From: the human T2T-CHM13v2.0 reference genome, Homo sapiens
Strand: one strand, 5' to 3'
Assembly (NCBI RefSeq): GCF_009914755.1
Contig: NC_060932.1
DNA: 64,000 bases
This document shows positions 1 through 13,862 of the stretch, one piece after another (within the stretch, counting starts at the first letter, position 1; each line of letters starts with the position of its first letter). Under the pieces are notes generated by a model, which worked only from the letters and a program-made list of their open reading frames with translations, was not told the DNA's origin and did not search any database. A program made the position numbers and the translations under genes.

Positions 1-191
1 GATAAGCTTATGCTCTATTCCACTAAGAAAGCTTTAACCATATAAGACACTTAAAAAAATCTATTGTCAAATCTACTAATTTTTAATGTCTCCTTAATTA
101 ACATGCAAGGCATGATTAATATTTTGCTGTTTCTTAAACTGATAATCACTTTGCTATAGTTATTCTAGATTCCATTATAAATACTCTATAG

Positions 192-398
192 AAGGGGTAG
201 ACAAATATTTTTCTGTAAAGGGCTGGTTAGTAAATACCTTTGGACTTTGTGGATTGTAGCTTCTCTGTAGCAACTACTCAACTCTGCTGAAAAGAAGTCA
301 TATGCAGTCAGTACATGAACGGATTTGGCTGTGATCTAGTAAAAATTTATTCCCCAATACAGACAGATTAGCCCCTTCACTGTAGCTTGCAGACTCTA
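192..398 (+). mobile_element. MER58A-like hAT-Charlie DNA element
   Basis: ggggtagacaaatatttttctgtaaagggc...caactactcaactctgc motif, with ctctatag repeated on both sides (candidate 8-bp TSD). Confidence 0.65.
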
Positions 399-684
399 CT
401 CTATAGGAACATACTCATTGGTTTAATCTTAACCTTTTCTAGATCTTAACTACTTTTAGAGGAAGCTGGAAACATGCATGTGCTTTCTAACAATAAAAAT
501 CATTTGAGAAGTGTATGTTTATACATTAGCATTATGTATTGGTATTAACATTTATATGATTATCATTTGCATGTAAGATGTGAAAAAGTTACAAATAATA
601 ATTTCTGATTTTAATTTATAATTTGTATTTTCTGTTATTTTTGTTTATGTTACAAAGTAAGATTTTTTTTTCTCCTCATCCCAG

Positions 685-1314
<630 letters not shown>

Positions 1315-1712
1315 TAAACGCTATTTTGGAAGAAATATTAAATGTAATTTATTATTGTCATTTATAATTAAATAATTATTATTAGCTCTAATTCAAGTAA
1401 TTTCTAGTTGCAGTGCTAAAATGTTGAATCTTATTAACATTAAAGGTTTACGTGTACATATTTTCCTTGACTTTGTAATACATAAATTTTGTCCTGTTTG
1501 TATTAAAATTCATCTAAAAGACCATGAGGAATTTTCCTCAATGGTCATATTGATACATTATAGTATTGTCACTAAAAGTATTGGGAAAATCCTTGACTGA
1601 TATCAAATATAACACTCCAGACATTAACTGGGCTTTCCCCTTTCTTGAAATAAATGTCTTATCTTAATAAACAGGCCTATGCTGATTTGCTTATTATTCT
1701 AGAAGCTTTTGT

Positions 1713-1787
1713 GATCTCAGCGCCTCTGTACATATCCAGCATGCATTTGTCAATGTGAAATGTAAAATAGAAAGTTTTAATATTAAT
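1713..1787 (+). pseudogene. Degenerate tandem duplicate of part of exon 27
   Basis: Ungapped 60/75 nt identity to 1856-1930. It reads DLSASVHIQHAFVNVKCKIESFNIN versus DLSASIDVQDVYTKVKCKIESFNID. Confidence 0.85.
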
Positions 1788-1829
1788 TGTGAAGACTGTG
1801 TTGATATTACTGCTTGTTTCTTATTGCAG

Positions 1830-1944
1830 AGGTTTGTATGGTCAGTGAACTAGAAGATCTCAGTGCTTCCATAGATGTCCAGGATGTATATACCAAAGTG
1901 AAATGTAAAATAGAGAGTTTCAATATTGATCACTATAGAAGCAG
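1830..1944 (+). CDS. VPS13B: VPS13B coding exon (~exon 27, 115 nt): EVCMVSELEDLSASIDVQDVYTKVKCKIESFNIDHYRS
   Basis: Acceptor ttcttattgcag|A and donor GCAG|gtaaat. Phase 1 in, phase 2 out, consistent with the flanking exons. Confidence 0.93.
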
Positions 1945-2051
1945 GTAAATAATGAATAATGAATATAAGAAAATCTGTATTTTTCTTTGAACAAAGTTAC
2001 CATAAGACTTTTTCTATTTTAATTTGGCTGGTTATTAAAATAAATACTATA

Positions 2052-4842
2052 CAGGCATACCTCGGACATATTGAGAGTTTGGCTCCAGACTATTCCAATA
2101 AAGTGAATATTTCAATAAAGGAAGTGACAGAAATTGTTTGGTTTCTCAGTGTATATAAAGTTGTGTTTACACTATACTGCAGTCTGTGAAGTGTACAATA
2201 GCATTATGTATTTTAAAATGTACATACCTTAATTTAAAAATACTTTATTGCTAAAATGTGCTAATGATCATCTGAGCATTCAATGAGTCATAATCTTGTT
2301 GCTGATGGAAGGTCTTGTCTTGATGTTGATGGCTGCTGACTGATCGGGGTGGTGGTTGCTGAAGGTTAGGGTAGCTGTGGCAATTTTTAAAAATAAGTCA
2401 ATGATGTCATTTGCCACATGGATTGAATCTTTCTTTATGAAAGATTTCTCTGTAGCATGTGATGCTGTTTAGTGGCATTTTACCCACAACAGAACTTCTT
2501 TCAAAATTAGAGTCAGTCCTCTCAAACTTTGCTGCTGCTGTAAAAAATGAGATTATGGAATATTCTGAATCCTTTGTTGTCATTTCAACAATGTTCCCAG
2601 CATCTTCCCCAGGAGTATTTTGCATCTCCAGAAACCACTTTCTTTGCTCATTCATAAGAAGCAACTCCTCATCCATTCAAGTTTCATCATGAGATTATAG
2701 CAATTCAGCCCCATCTTTAGGCTCCACTCCTAATTCTTGGTCTCACATTGTTTTCACCACATCTACCATTACTTCCTCCAGTGAGGTCTTGAAACCCTGA
2801 AAGTCACCCATCGGGGCTGGAATCAACTTCTTACAAACATCTGTTAATGTTGATATTTTTACCTCCTCCCATGAATCATGAATGTTCTTAATGGTGTCTA
2901 CAGTGGTGAATCTTTTACAGAAGGTGTTTCCATTTACTTTGCCTAGAACCTTCGGAAGAATCACTATCTGATACAGTTTGGATATATGTCCCTTCCAAAT
3001 CTCATGTGGAAATGTGATCCCCAGTGTTGGAGGTTGGGCCTAGTGGGAGATATTTGGGTCATAGGGGAGGATCTCTCATGAATGGCTTGGTGCCTCCCCA
3101 TGGTGACAAGTGAAGCTCTTGATTTCTTAGTTCATGCAAGAGCTGGTTATTTAAAAAGAGCATAGCATCTCCCTGCTCTCTCTTGCTTACTCTCTTACCA
3201 TGTGACACACCTGTTCTGCTTTGCCTTCTTCCATGAGTAAAAGCTTCCCAAGGCCTCACCAGAAGCCAAGTAGATGATAGTGCCATGCTTGTACAGCCTG
3301 CAGAACCACGAGCCAAATAAACCTCTTTCCTTTATAAATTACCCAGTCTCAGGTATTCCTTTATAGCAATGCAAAATGGACTAACACACTGTAGCCTTAC
3401 AGAATGTATTTCTTAAGTAATAAGTCTTGAAAGACAGAATTACTGCTTGATCCATGAGCTGAAGAGTGGATGTTAGCAGATGTGAAGACAACATTCATCT
3501 CCTTGTATATCTCCATTGGAACTCTTCAGTGACCAGGTGCATTGTCAATGAGCTACTGCTCATTTACAAAGGATTTTTTTTTTCTACACAAGCAGTCGTT
3601 CTCAACAAAGAGCTTAAAATATTCAGGAGACCATGCTGTAAACAGATGTGCTATCATCCAAGCTTAGTTGTTCCCATGTATAGAGCACAGGAGAAGAGTA
3701 GATTTAACAAAATTCTTAAGGGCCCTAGGATTTTCAGAATGGTAAATGAGCATTATCTTCAACTTCACCAGCTGCATTCACCTTTAACAAGAGAGTCAGC
3801 CTGTCCTTTGAAGCTTTAAACCCAGGCATTGACTTCTCCTCTCTAGCTATCAGTCTGAGATGGCATCTTCTTCCAAGAGAAGGCTGTTTTGTCTACACTG
3901 AAAATCTATTAGTGTAGCCACCTTCATCAGTGAACTGAGCTACATCTTTTGTATAACTTGCTGCCACTTATCCTTCAGCACTTGTTGCTTCATGTTGCAC
4001 ATTAATGTTATAGAGATGCCTTCTTTCCTTAAGCCTCCTGAACTAACTTCTGCTAGCTTCAAACTTAACTTCTGCAGCTTTCTTACTTCTCTCAATTTAT
4101 AGAATTGAAGAGAGTTAGGGTCTTGCTCTGGATTTAACAGAATGGTGTGTCTGGTTTGATCCTCTACCCAGACCACTCAGACTTTCTGCCTATCAGCAAT
4201 AAGGCTGTTTCACTTTCTTGTCATTTGCAAGTTCTCTGGAGCAGCACTTTCAATTTTCTTCAAGAACCTTCCTTTTCATTCACAACTTGGCACAAGAAGC
4301 TTTGTTTTCTGCCTATCTCAGCTTTTGACATGCCTTCCTCACTAAGCTTAATCATTTTTAGATTTTTATTTAAAGTGAGAGATTTGCAACTCTTCTTTCA
4401 CTGGAACACTTAGGGGCCATTGTAGGGTTATTAATTGGCTTCATTTCAATATTGTTATGTTTCAGGGAATAGGAAGACCTGAGGTGAGGGAGAAAGATGG
4501 GAAATAGTGGGGTCAGTGGAGCAATCAGAAAACACACAGCAATGATCAATTAAGTTTGTGTCTTCAGGACATCACTGTTCATGATGTCCTGAAATAATTA
4601 TGATAATGTCAAAAATCACTGATCACAGATCACCATAACAGATATAATAATAATGAAAAAGTTTGAAATATTATAAGAATTACCAATATGTGACACAGAG
4701 ACTGGAAGTCAGCATATATTGTTGGAAAAAACGCTGCTGATGGATTTACTCAATGTAAGGCTGCCACAGACCTTCAATTTGGGTAAAACATAATATCTGC
4801 ACTATGCAATAAAGCAAAGCCCATAAAACCGAGGTATGCCTG
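2052..4842 (-). mobile_element. Near full-length Tigger1 DNA transposon, interrupted by an MST LTR
   Basis: TIRs caggcatacctcg (2052) and cgaggtatgcctg (to 4842), flanked by TA at both ends. Minus-strand ORF fragments 2407-2676 and 2743-2964 look like decayed transposase. Confidence 0.9.
2969..3388 (+). mobile_element. MaLR solo LTR (MSTA/MSTB-like) nested in Tigger1
   Basis: TG...CA ends, about 420 bp, with the typical caaatctcatg...aaataaacctctttcctttataaattacccagtctcagg motifs. Confidence 0.85.
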
Positions 4843-5570
4843 TACTTATTCTCAAAGAGGGTTCTTAACAGATACATTGATTAATTTTACTTAGTAATTG
4901 TTCATGTATGGAGTACAATAAAATTTTGTTTTATAAGATGACAAATCTGTTCATAAATATATACATTGCCATATTAAATGAAATAAGCTACTTTTACTAA
5001 TAATCTTACATAATTTATTTTCTATATTTTATATTTGTTAAGATGCCTGCAACCCAGTTGATGGCTCTGATTTTTGCTGTATACGTCCCATCCATTCTCT
5101 ATACCAATATAATCATTGGTATAGAGATATACAATACAATCATTGGTATAGAGATATAATCACTGAGATGGAGCAATAGCTCATTTCCTAAGCACTTTGA
5201 TGACTCTCATCTCACAGATGATTATTATGTATATGGATATGATAATTATTTTTGTCATATTAAACAGTGACTTATTAATTGGCTTTTGATAATAGAATGT
5301 TCAACTCTTTAGTTCCTTTGAAATGGTATGTGTCTGTATCAAAATGATCTTTGCAAGTGATAATACAATATTTTGGCTGAAGTAATTTTTAATGTCATGA
5401 ATATTACGTATTATGTTGTACTTTATCCCTGACTGTACCGCTAAATTTATATAAATTATAGATATTCAGATAATTTATTAATTTATTAAAAACATACATT
5501 TCTTGTGTATGTGGTATGCACCAAGTGCTATGCTAAATGAGTACTGGGGATGTAGTGTTTAAGAAAAATA

Positions 5571-5862
<292 letters not shown>

Positions 5863-6130
5863 ATAGACATAGATGTTACTCTTATCGAGGAGATGGAAGT
5901 AAATAATCAGCCAAATAAATACATAATTTACCATGAAGACAAATGTTCTTATGCAGAACTGTCAGAGTGCGGTGCTAATGTAAATTGTTCTATTGATTGC
6001 ATTGTCAGATTTATGTTTTAGTTCAGTGCAGTGTTGTGAACTTTAGACTTATTTGAAATAGTTATGTATGTTCAATTTCTTAACTCAGAAAAATTGAAGA
6101 GAACAGATAAGGTGAACTTATGTTTTCCAG

Positions 6131-6197
6131 GCCAGGGGAAGGTTGGCAGTCAGGACATTTTGAAGGAGTATTTCTACAATGCAAAGAAAAATCTGTG
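6131..6197 (+). CDS. VPS13B: VPS13B alternative exon, short form (67 nt, usually called 28b): RPGEGWQSGHFEGVFLQCKEKSV
   Basis: Acceptor tgttttccag|G and donor GTG|gtgaga. Phase 2 in, phase 0 out, so it links 1944 to 10097 in frame. Confidence 0.9.
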
Positions 6198-6763
6198 GTG
6201 AGACCCATTTAGTTACTATGATTTTTGAAAATGTACTTTAAACTGTTTATCTTGTTATTTCATAAAATAGGACTAATGGTTACAAGAATTTGAGTTCAGA
6301 ATAAATTCTTATTAGCCTGTTTCTTCAAAATTACATATAAATTTAAAGCTATTTATTCTTTGAAACTGCTCCTGTTTTGTAACCATCTTCCTGTTATAAC
6401 AATTAAGTAAATTTATCAAAGAGGCAAAGGTAGGCTTGCTTTTGTTAATATACTTTATCTTTAATGTACTATTGTGTTGACTTTTTGGAATTGTTTCCCA
6501 ATTCTTATGTGAGTTTATGCTGGATTGTTCTTTACCATAAACTGGAAGTAGTAATTTTATACTAAAAGCAATTATTTTTTGTTTACTTTCATTAACATTG
6601 CTTTTGCAGAAGATGGTCCAGGCAGAGGCCATACCTAGCGGTTGCTCAAACCTAAATTTATACAAACTTGAGGAGAATTTAAAACTATCCAGATATTTTT
6701 TTGCTTATGGCTTTTATTGCTTTTTGTCTTTTCACCTTCTTTGCTCCTGTCCATCACTTCAAG

Positions 6764-6905
6764 CCTTGGGGAAGAGTGTTGGTCTTTGGGGCAATGTGGA
6801 GGTGTCTTCCTTTCCTGTACTGACAAGCTGAACAGACGCACCTTGTTGGTTCGACCCATCAGCAAGCAGGACCCTTTCAGTAATTGCTCTGGCTTCTTTC
6901 CTTCT
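6764..6905 (+). CDS. VPS13B: VPS13B alternative exon, long form (142 nt, exon 28): SLGEECWSLGQCGGVFLSCTDKLNRRTLLVRPISKQDPFSNCSGFFPS
   Basis: Long pyrimidine tract 6715-6760, then aag|C acceptor; donor TCT|gtaaga. Phase 2 in, phase 0 out. It is 75 nt (25 aa) longer than the 67-nt exon. Confidence 0.9.
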
Positions 6906-9502
6906 GTAAGAAATTACTTTAAATTATGCTACACAACTCCCATTAACAGGAACCCAGAGAAGGAATTGAATGATTCATAGAGTCAACTCTTGATTTGTGT
7001 TTTCCTCCATATCATAAACTTTATAAATGAAGTATAATGTAATTTAAAATCATAAAACTGCTTTTCCACTAAAACCTGTTTCTGGGTCACTTGCATGAGT
7101 ACAGACTAATTTTACCTCAATATAAGGAAATCAAAGTAGGACATTCATTATATTTTTTTAAATTGTGCATGTATTGAATGATCAAGAGTTGACCAATACT
7201 GCTTTTGTCATTCCTCTTACGATTCTTAATAAGATTGCCTTTAAAAATTTTTTTTCTATTATTATGCCATTGTTTTCTTACAACTAATTCAAAGTAACTT
7301 GTGTGGTACCTTCTTGAATCTGAACAAGTTTGCATTTCTGTCATTGATTAGGTAGATGAACACAAGGCTGTATCAGTGACTTTTAGACGTTTAGAACCTT
7401 GACTTTTTTAATGGTACAACATCTGGATATGTTCTTAAGCTAATTCTTTTAACTGATATTCTTAAAGTTAACTTTGTTCTTAAATTTAATTTTTAATAGT
7501 GTATTTGCATAGCAAGTGTTATGTTCTGATTTTATTTTGAGCTTTTACTAGCAATAGTCTTTAATCTTTAGTGCAGGAAAAAAATGTGACTTTTGTGTTG
7601 GAGGAAGTGTTTAGATTTATTTTCCTCTCTTTGAATGTTCATTAGTGTCTGTGAAAAACATTCTTAATAATTTTAACAAATATTCATAAAGAAACCGTAA
7701 ATTTATCGTTAATGTTCTTCAGAAATTTTTTCTAAATTTATAAATTAAATGCCATTTAAAAAGTTTCTTTACTTAGTGTTTTTTAACATTTTATTTTAAA
7801 TAGTATAAAGTATTATTACTGTATGAAAAAATGATATTTATATTACCTCAACTAGTATTCACTTTTTGCCTTATGTTAAGGGAGTTAAGGATGCAGCAAT
7901 TAAAAAAAAAACACCCTTTCTTCATGTGGCTTACCTTTCAAGTATGCTTACATTCCACGTTTAAAATATTTTTCCAAATTAAAACATTTATACATTGAAA
8001 TACCTTTTATACTCTTTACAGGATTCAAATGTTGCTATTAATAAAGATTTATTATGAGTTAGATTTTTTTAGATTAGTGGTCAGTAGTAACCCTCTCCCC
8101 AGTTTAGACACTTAGAACAGACAACATCACTGTGATCACTGTGGCCTCTTCCACTGGGGGTATACCTTAACAATCCTTCTCCATCTGTTATTGCTCATTG
8201 TCCAGCAACATGCTAATAAAACTGGTAGCACTTTTCTTGCTTTACTATACATCTTTTTGTTTTTGAGTGCAGAAATAAAAAAGAAGGGGAATCAAAAGAG
8301 AAACAGTGAAAATGTTGGGAACAGTGAAAAATGCTTTGAGAGCAGGCTATTATGGGGAAAGATGATTATACTGCACAACCATTTAATGCTTACTTTCCAG
8401 GGTTTTTTTAATGGTCAATTAAAAAATACAAAAATAATTTATTTTCTTATCTTCCTTCATTATAAAGTCTAAATTAAAAGCAAAATTAGCAGTGATAACT
8501 GAATTGCATATTTTTTCCTCTCACCATGTCAGTGGGTGATAGGCAACAAAATGAGAGGAAGAAAATGGAAGCAATTGAAATGTAGGAGTGATGGGATAAT
8601 ATAGCTCAGACTCATTACTGCTTTCCTATTTCTCTTTTTTTTCTGTTTATGTGAATATATTTTCTTCTTTTTGCTTTGTTCCAGTTCACTTCTCCTCTTA
8701 AAAATCTCCTCTTTGGACCCTACTAACTTTTTCAGGTGTTGGAAAGAGGGGCAGGGAATGTGGAATATAACAGTTCTCCTCTAATTCTATGCTGAGCAAT
8801 TTCCAAAACAATATTTTATGTCTATTAATTGGTTGAGGAAGATTTTTTCAAGTGACATTCTTTTTGTACGTTGAGGAATACAAAAGTATATGTTTTACTT
8901 TACTCTTTTAAAAGCATGCTGTTTTACTCTAACTTGTTTATAGTGTGCAATTTGGATAGGAGAGCTAATTGAGATAGTTTTAACAAAAATATTGAAGTTA
9001 TGATAATTTTTTTACTCTGTTAAATGTTATATGTGTACTAATATAGTAGTATACCCAAAGATTATGATTTACAGGATAGTGATAATTAGATTTTATAAAA
9101 AATGCGTTAGCTATTGATAATAGGCAAGTTCTGAAAGACAAATGTTATATTGTTACATCACATTACTGTTTAAATATGCAGTAACTGTTTATTTAGTTCA
9201 GTTATCAAAGCATGGTATCGATGAGGCTTCTTTTGTAGGCTCTGTCTTTGTATAAATTAGCCAAATTATTGAAGGAAAAACTCCATTTTCACAAATGTTA
9301 TATCCTATCTAGTGAAGGTAATCATCTGGCCTATTCAGATTTGGTCTCAAATAAAAATATGTAATGTGGTTATTTCAATTTCACCTGAGTAAACAACCCT
9401 TCTGTGACCTGTGATACTTTTTATGACAGCCTCTTAGTACTCATAATGAAAAATTATCACGAAATGAAAAGATAAAATCAAGATAGTCTTTTCCAACCTA
9501 TG

Positions 9503-9800
9503 TTTTTTTGTTTGAGACAGAGCCTCACTTTGTTGCCCAGGTTGGAGAGCCGTGGCTCAATCTCGGCTCACTGCAGCCTCTGCCTCCCGGGTTGAAGCGA
9601 TTCTTGTGCCTCAGCCTCCCAAGCAACTGGGATTATAGGCATGTACTACCATGCCACCACATCTGGCTAATTTTTTGTATTTTGAGTAGAGACGGGATTT
9701 CACCATGTTGGCCAGGCTGGTCTCAAACTCCTGGCCTCAAGTTATCTGCCCACCTTAGCCTCCCAAAGTGTTGGGATTACAGGCATGAGCTACCCCAGCC
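9503..9800 (-). mobile_element. Alu (AluS/J)
   Basis: Reverse Alu; it accounts for ORF 9508-9879. Confidence 0.92.
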
Positions 9801-10096
9801 TCAAATTCTTAATGTTACAGAAAATGCAGAAGTCACAGAAATAGCCACAAAAAGATTAATAACCTCCCTCAAGATCTAGAACTGGAACTCAGGATTCCCA
9901 TCTTTAGTTCAGTCATTCTAACCATCTTAGAAGCTTTTTGCCCACATCTGCAGAATTGATCAGTCATGTGTTTATTAAGAAGTGTAGGGTAAGACCAAGA
10001 GGTAAAAATACTCACTGAGGTCATTTTCTTCTTTCCAATTTTTAAAAAAAATCTTTTTAATGAACTGTGTATTGTGATTTCCTTTTTTTGGAACAG

Positions 10097-10505
10097 ACAA
10101 CTACAAAACTTCTAGATGGCACTCATCAGCAGCATGGATTCCTCTCTCTGACATACACAAAAGCTGTAACAAAAAATGTCCGCCACAAGTTAACATCAAG
10201 AAATGAGCGAAGAAGTTTTCATAAGTTATCTGAAGGCCTAATGGATGGTTCTCCTCATTTTCTTCATGAAATTCTTCTTTCAGCACAAGCTTTTGATATT
10301 GTTCTTTATTTTCCTTTACTTAATGCCATTGCAAGTATATTTCAAGCAAAACTACCAAAGACCCAAAAAGAGAAAAGAAAATCTCCTGGTCAGCCCATGA
10401 GGACCCATACACTGACATCCCGCAATTTACCTTTGATTTATGTCAACACAAGTGTAATCAGAATTTTTATTCCAAAAACAGAAGAAATGCAGCCAACTGT
10501 TGAAG
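10097..10505 (+). CDS. VPS13B: VPS13B coding exon (~exon 29, 409 nt): TTTKLLDGTHQQHGFLSL...EEMQPTVE
   Basis: Lies within ORF 10067-10519. Acceptor tttttttggaacag|A and donor GAAG|gtattg. Phase 0 in, phase 1 out. Confidence 0.95.
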
Positions 10506-10848
10506 GTATTGTCTTCTGATTTTTTTTGTCTGATTTTAAATAATTTTCTTCTAGAGACCTTAGTTTTCTGGGTTTTTTTGTTTCTTTTAAAAAATATGAG
10601 CAGTTGGTTGTGCTTTGTGGTTTGGTATATTTTATAGAGAGGAAATATAGATATTCTACAAATCATTAGGAAATACATCAGAATACTATGTAACTATCTG
10701 ACTTCGTTAGTAGGATAAGAAATTGAGGAAATTTTTTCTTCAGGGCTTTTGCCAGTAAAGCATATATATACTTTGTGTTAATTGTTTTACTAAACTCAAA
10801 TGTTGTGTTCTGTGTATCTAAGAGAACTAAAATTTTTTTTAAAAACAA

Positions 10849-11020
10849 GGTCAAGCACAGTGGCTCACATCTGTAATCCTAACACTTTGGGAAGCCAAGA
10901 TAGGAGGACCACTGGAGCCCAGGAGTTTCAGACCAGCCTGGGCAACATAGTGAGACCCCATCTGTACAGAAATAAGATATTAGCCCAACATGGTGGTGCA
11001 CACCTGTAGCCCCAGCTTCT
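10849..11020 (+). mobile_element. Partial old Alu (left arm plus start of right arm)
   Basis: gtggctcacatctgtaatcctaacactttggg...gaccagcctgggcaacatagtgagacc. Confidence 0.85.
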
Positions 11021-11720
11021 TAGCATATCATTTTTGTAATAAAATATTTGTATACGAACCTTATAGTGCTTAATTACCAAGCTAGAACTAAATTCAATGT
11101 ATTATACTTAACAGATTCTTAATACAAGCCAGTTTCTACTTTTTATGTCTAACTTTTCTTAGAAGCTATCTTAAAATTAATTACTTTGAGATGTGAAATT
11201 ACTATTCTCTGAATATCCTATATTCTGACAGTGGTATACAGTTGCTTTCATCTGTTCAGATAGTTTGTAGAAACACATGAATGGTTAAGAATAAAGAGTT
11301 AGTCTTTATTTACCAATTACAAGTGATAAACAACTCACTAACCAGAAAAGTAAGAAGCAGTATATTCATTGCAAAGGTAATGACCTTTATGCTTTTTCCT
11401 TATTATATAGGAGCACCTAATGAAATTTTAGAGAATGTAATTTACATTAAGTTTACATAGGTTAGAAAACAGAAATCTACGTTTTTATACAGATAATTCC
11501 CTGAGGACTGTAGTTTCAGTTATAATAACATTTTTCCACAACCTTGGAAGAGACACAGACATAAAAGATTGGGGAGATTGTCAAACTGTTTTTGGCATTA
11601 CAACTGAGAATGGGAGGAAAACACCATGGAAACAAAAGTAGATTGTCTTTATTACACAAAATTTATCAGTGTTTTGGGAGAAGAATTTGGGGTAGGTCAT
11701 TACATTTAATAAAGACCATG

Positions 11721-12066
<346 letters not shown>

Positions 12067-13274
12067 TTACAGAAGTTTTATATCTAGATAAAAATAAGAA
12101 TAAAGTTTTATACTATATAATATAAAAAATTCTAGGTATAGTTTTTATACAAGGATATTGTTTTCCACAAATACCTCTCTGATTGTTATAAAACATTCAT
12201 TTTTCTAACTTGAGTTCCTGTATTTCATTTAAAATATGTTAGTAGGCTTTTATGATTTCCTGAATATTTCCTGAAGTGTTTGTTTTATGTTCCCCATTCC
12301 TTAATTGTAAAATTATTTTCAGTTTAATGCAAACAATTAGGAAGGCCAAAATTTCATTGAAACATAAGAAAAAATGTGATATTAGAGGTGAGAGGGTGGG
12401 ATGAGGTATAGAAAAATACAGGGAGAATCTCTATGAAAAAAGCTGAGGAAATAGTGAGAGGCTATAGAGACAGAAAAGGAAGTAAAGCAACTTATCTAAT
12501 TGGTAGACTTTTTTACTAATAAAGAAATGTTGACGATTTATAAATGATTCTCAAATTTTATGATGTAATTGTGTCTGAATAATAATTGTATAATGGACAC
12601 TAAATTTAGTCATTTATCACATATTATTCCCTACACTGTTTTAATTTAGGGTTTCCTTCTTGAAAACCCATTTCACACCACAAAATATCAATTTCAGTAA
12701 CAAATTTAAATTTTAGAAGACGAACCAAATGTGTATGATTCATTGCCTATTTATTAAGTTTTAAAACTTGACCAAGAATATGATACAATATCAGTGTGTT
12801 GTTTTTTTCTGCATCTTTGGCAGCCAGGCTGAGACTTTTAAAATGGGTATCTAATAATGTATACACTGGTAAATCTTTCTGAGTCAGACATAGCGGCTCC
12901 TCAATGTGGGCATTTGATCTGTATTCAAAATTTGCTCATTTGTCTTAAAATATCTTATCTATCTGATGTCCTGAAAGCTTCTGAAAGTCTTTGGTATTTG
13001 TTAGTGAGGAATATTTTCACAATAAATTGCTTTTTCATTGCAATTAGATCTTCATTGCAGAGCTTCTTTGACTCAAATTTTTGTGGCAATACCTGTGAGA
13101 GAAACCTACATGACTGACTTGTTTTCACCATCCATGTCAGTGTTCGTCATAGCCCTTAGGTGTTCTTCACTGGATGGGTCTTATTTATAGTGATAAATGT
13201 TTCCTTCTAAGGCAAAATTTGCCTATAAATGTAAATAGTTTTCATTGTTAATTTGGAAACCTTGTTTTTTCTCT

Positions 13275-13862
13275 TTTTTATTGTGGTAAAATATATATAA
13301 CAAATTTTCTACTTTAATCATTTTAAGTATATAATTCAGTGGCAATAATTACATTCATAATGTTGTGCAACCATCACCACTATTTCCAAATGTATTTGTC
13401 ACCCCAAACAAAAGCTCTGTAGCCATTAAGTAATAGCTACCTTCATCTTCTGGTAACCTCTAATCTATTTTCTGTCTGTATGAATTTTACTACTCTAGAA
13501 ATTTCATGTAAGTGGAATCATACAATGTTTATCCTTTTGTGTCTGTCTTACTTTACTTAGCATAATGTTTTCAAGGCTCATCCAAGTTGCTGCATGTATC
13601 AGAACTTCATTCCTTGCTATAGCTGAATAATATTGTTTTGTATGGATATACCACATTTTGTTTATTAATTAATCTGTTGGGCAGTTGGGTCATTTCCACC
13701 CTTTTTTGGTTTAATGTGAGTAATGCTGCTATGAACACTGGCATGGAAGTTTCTGTTAGAGGCCCTGTTTTCAGTTTTTTTGGGGTGTACACCTAAGAGT
13801 GGAATTTTTAGGTCCCGTGGTAATTCTGTTTGGAATTCTGTTTTTGAGGAACCACCAAACTT
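13275..13862 (-). mobile_element. Old L1 (L1MB-like) 3' end
   Basis: Typical antisense L1M 3' UTR / ORF2-end motifs (gtgcaaccatcaccac, gtaagtggaatcatacaat, tttgaggaaccaccaaac). Confidence 0.8.
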
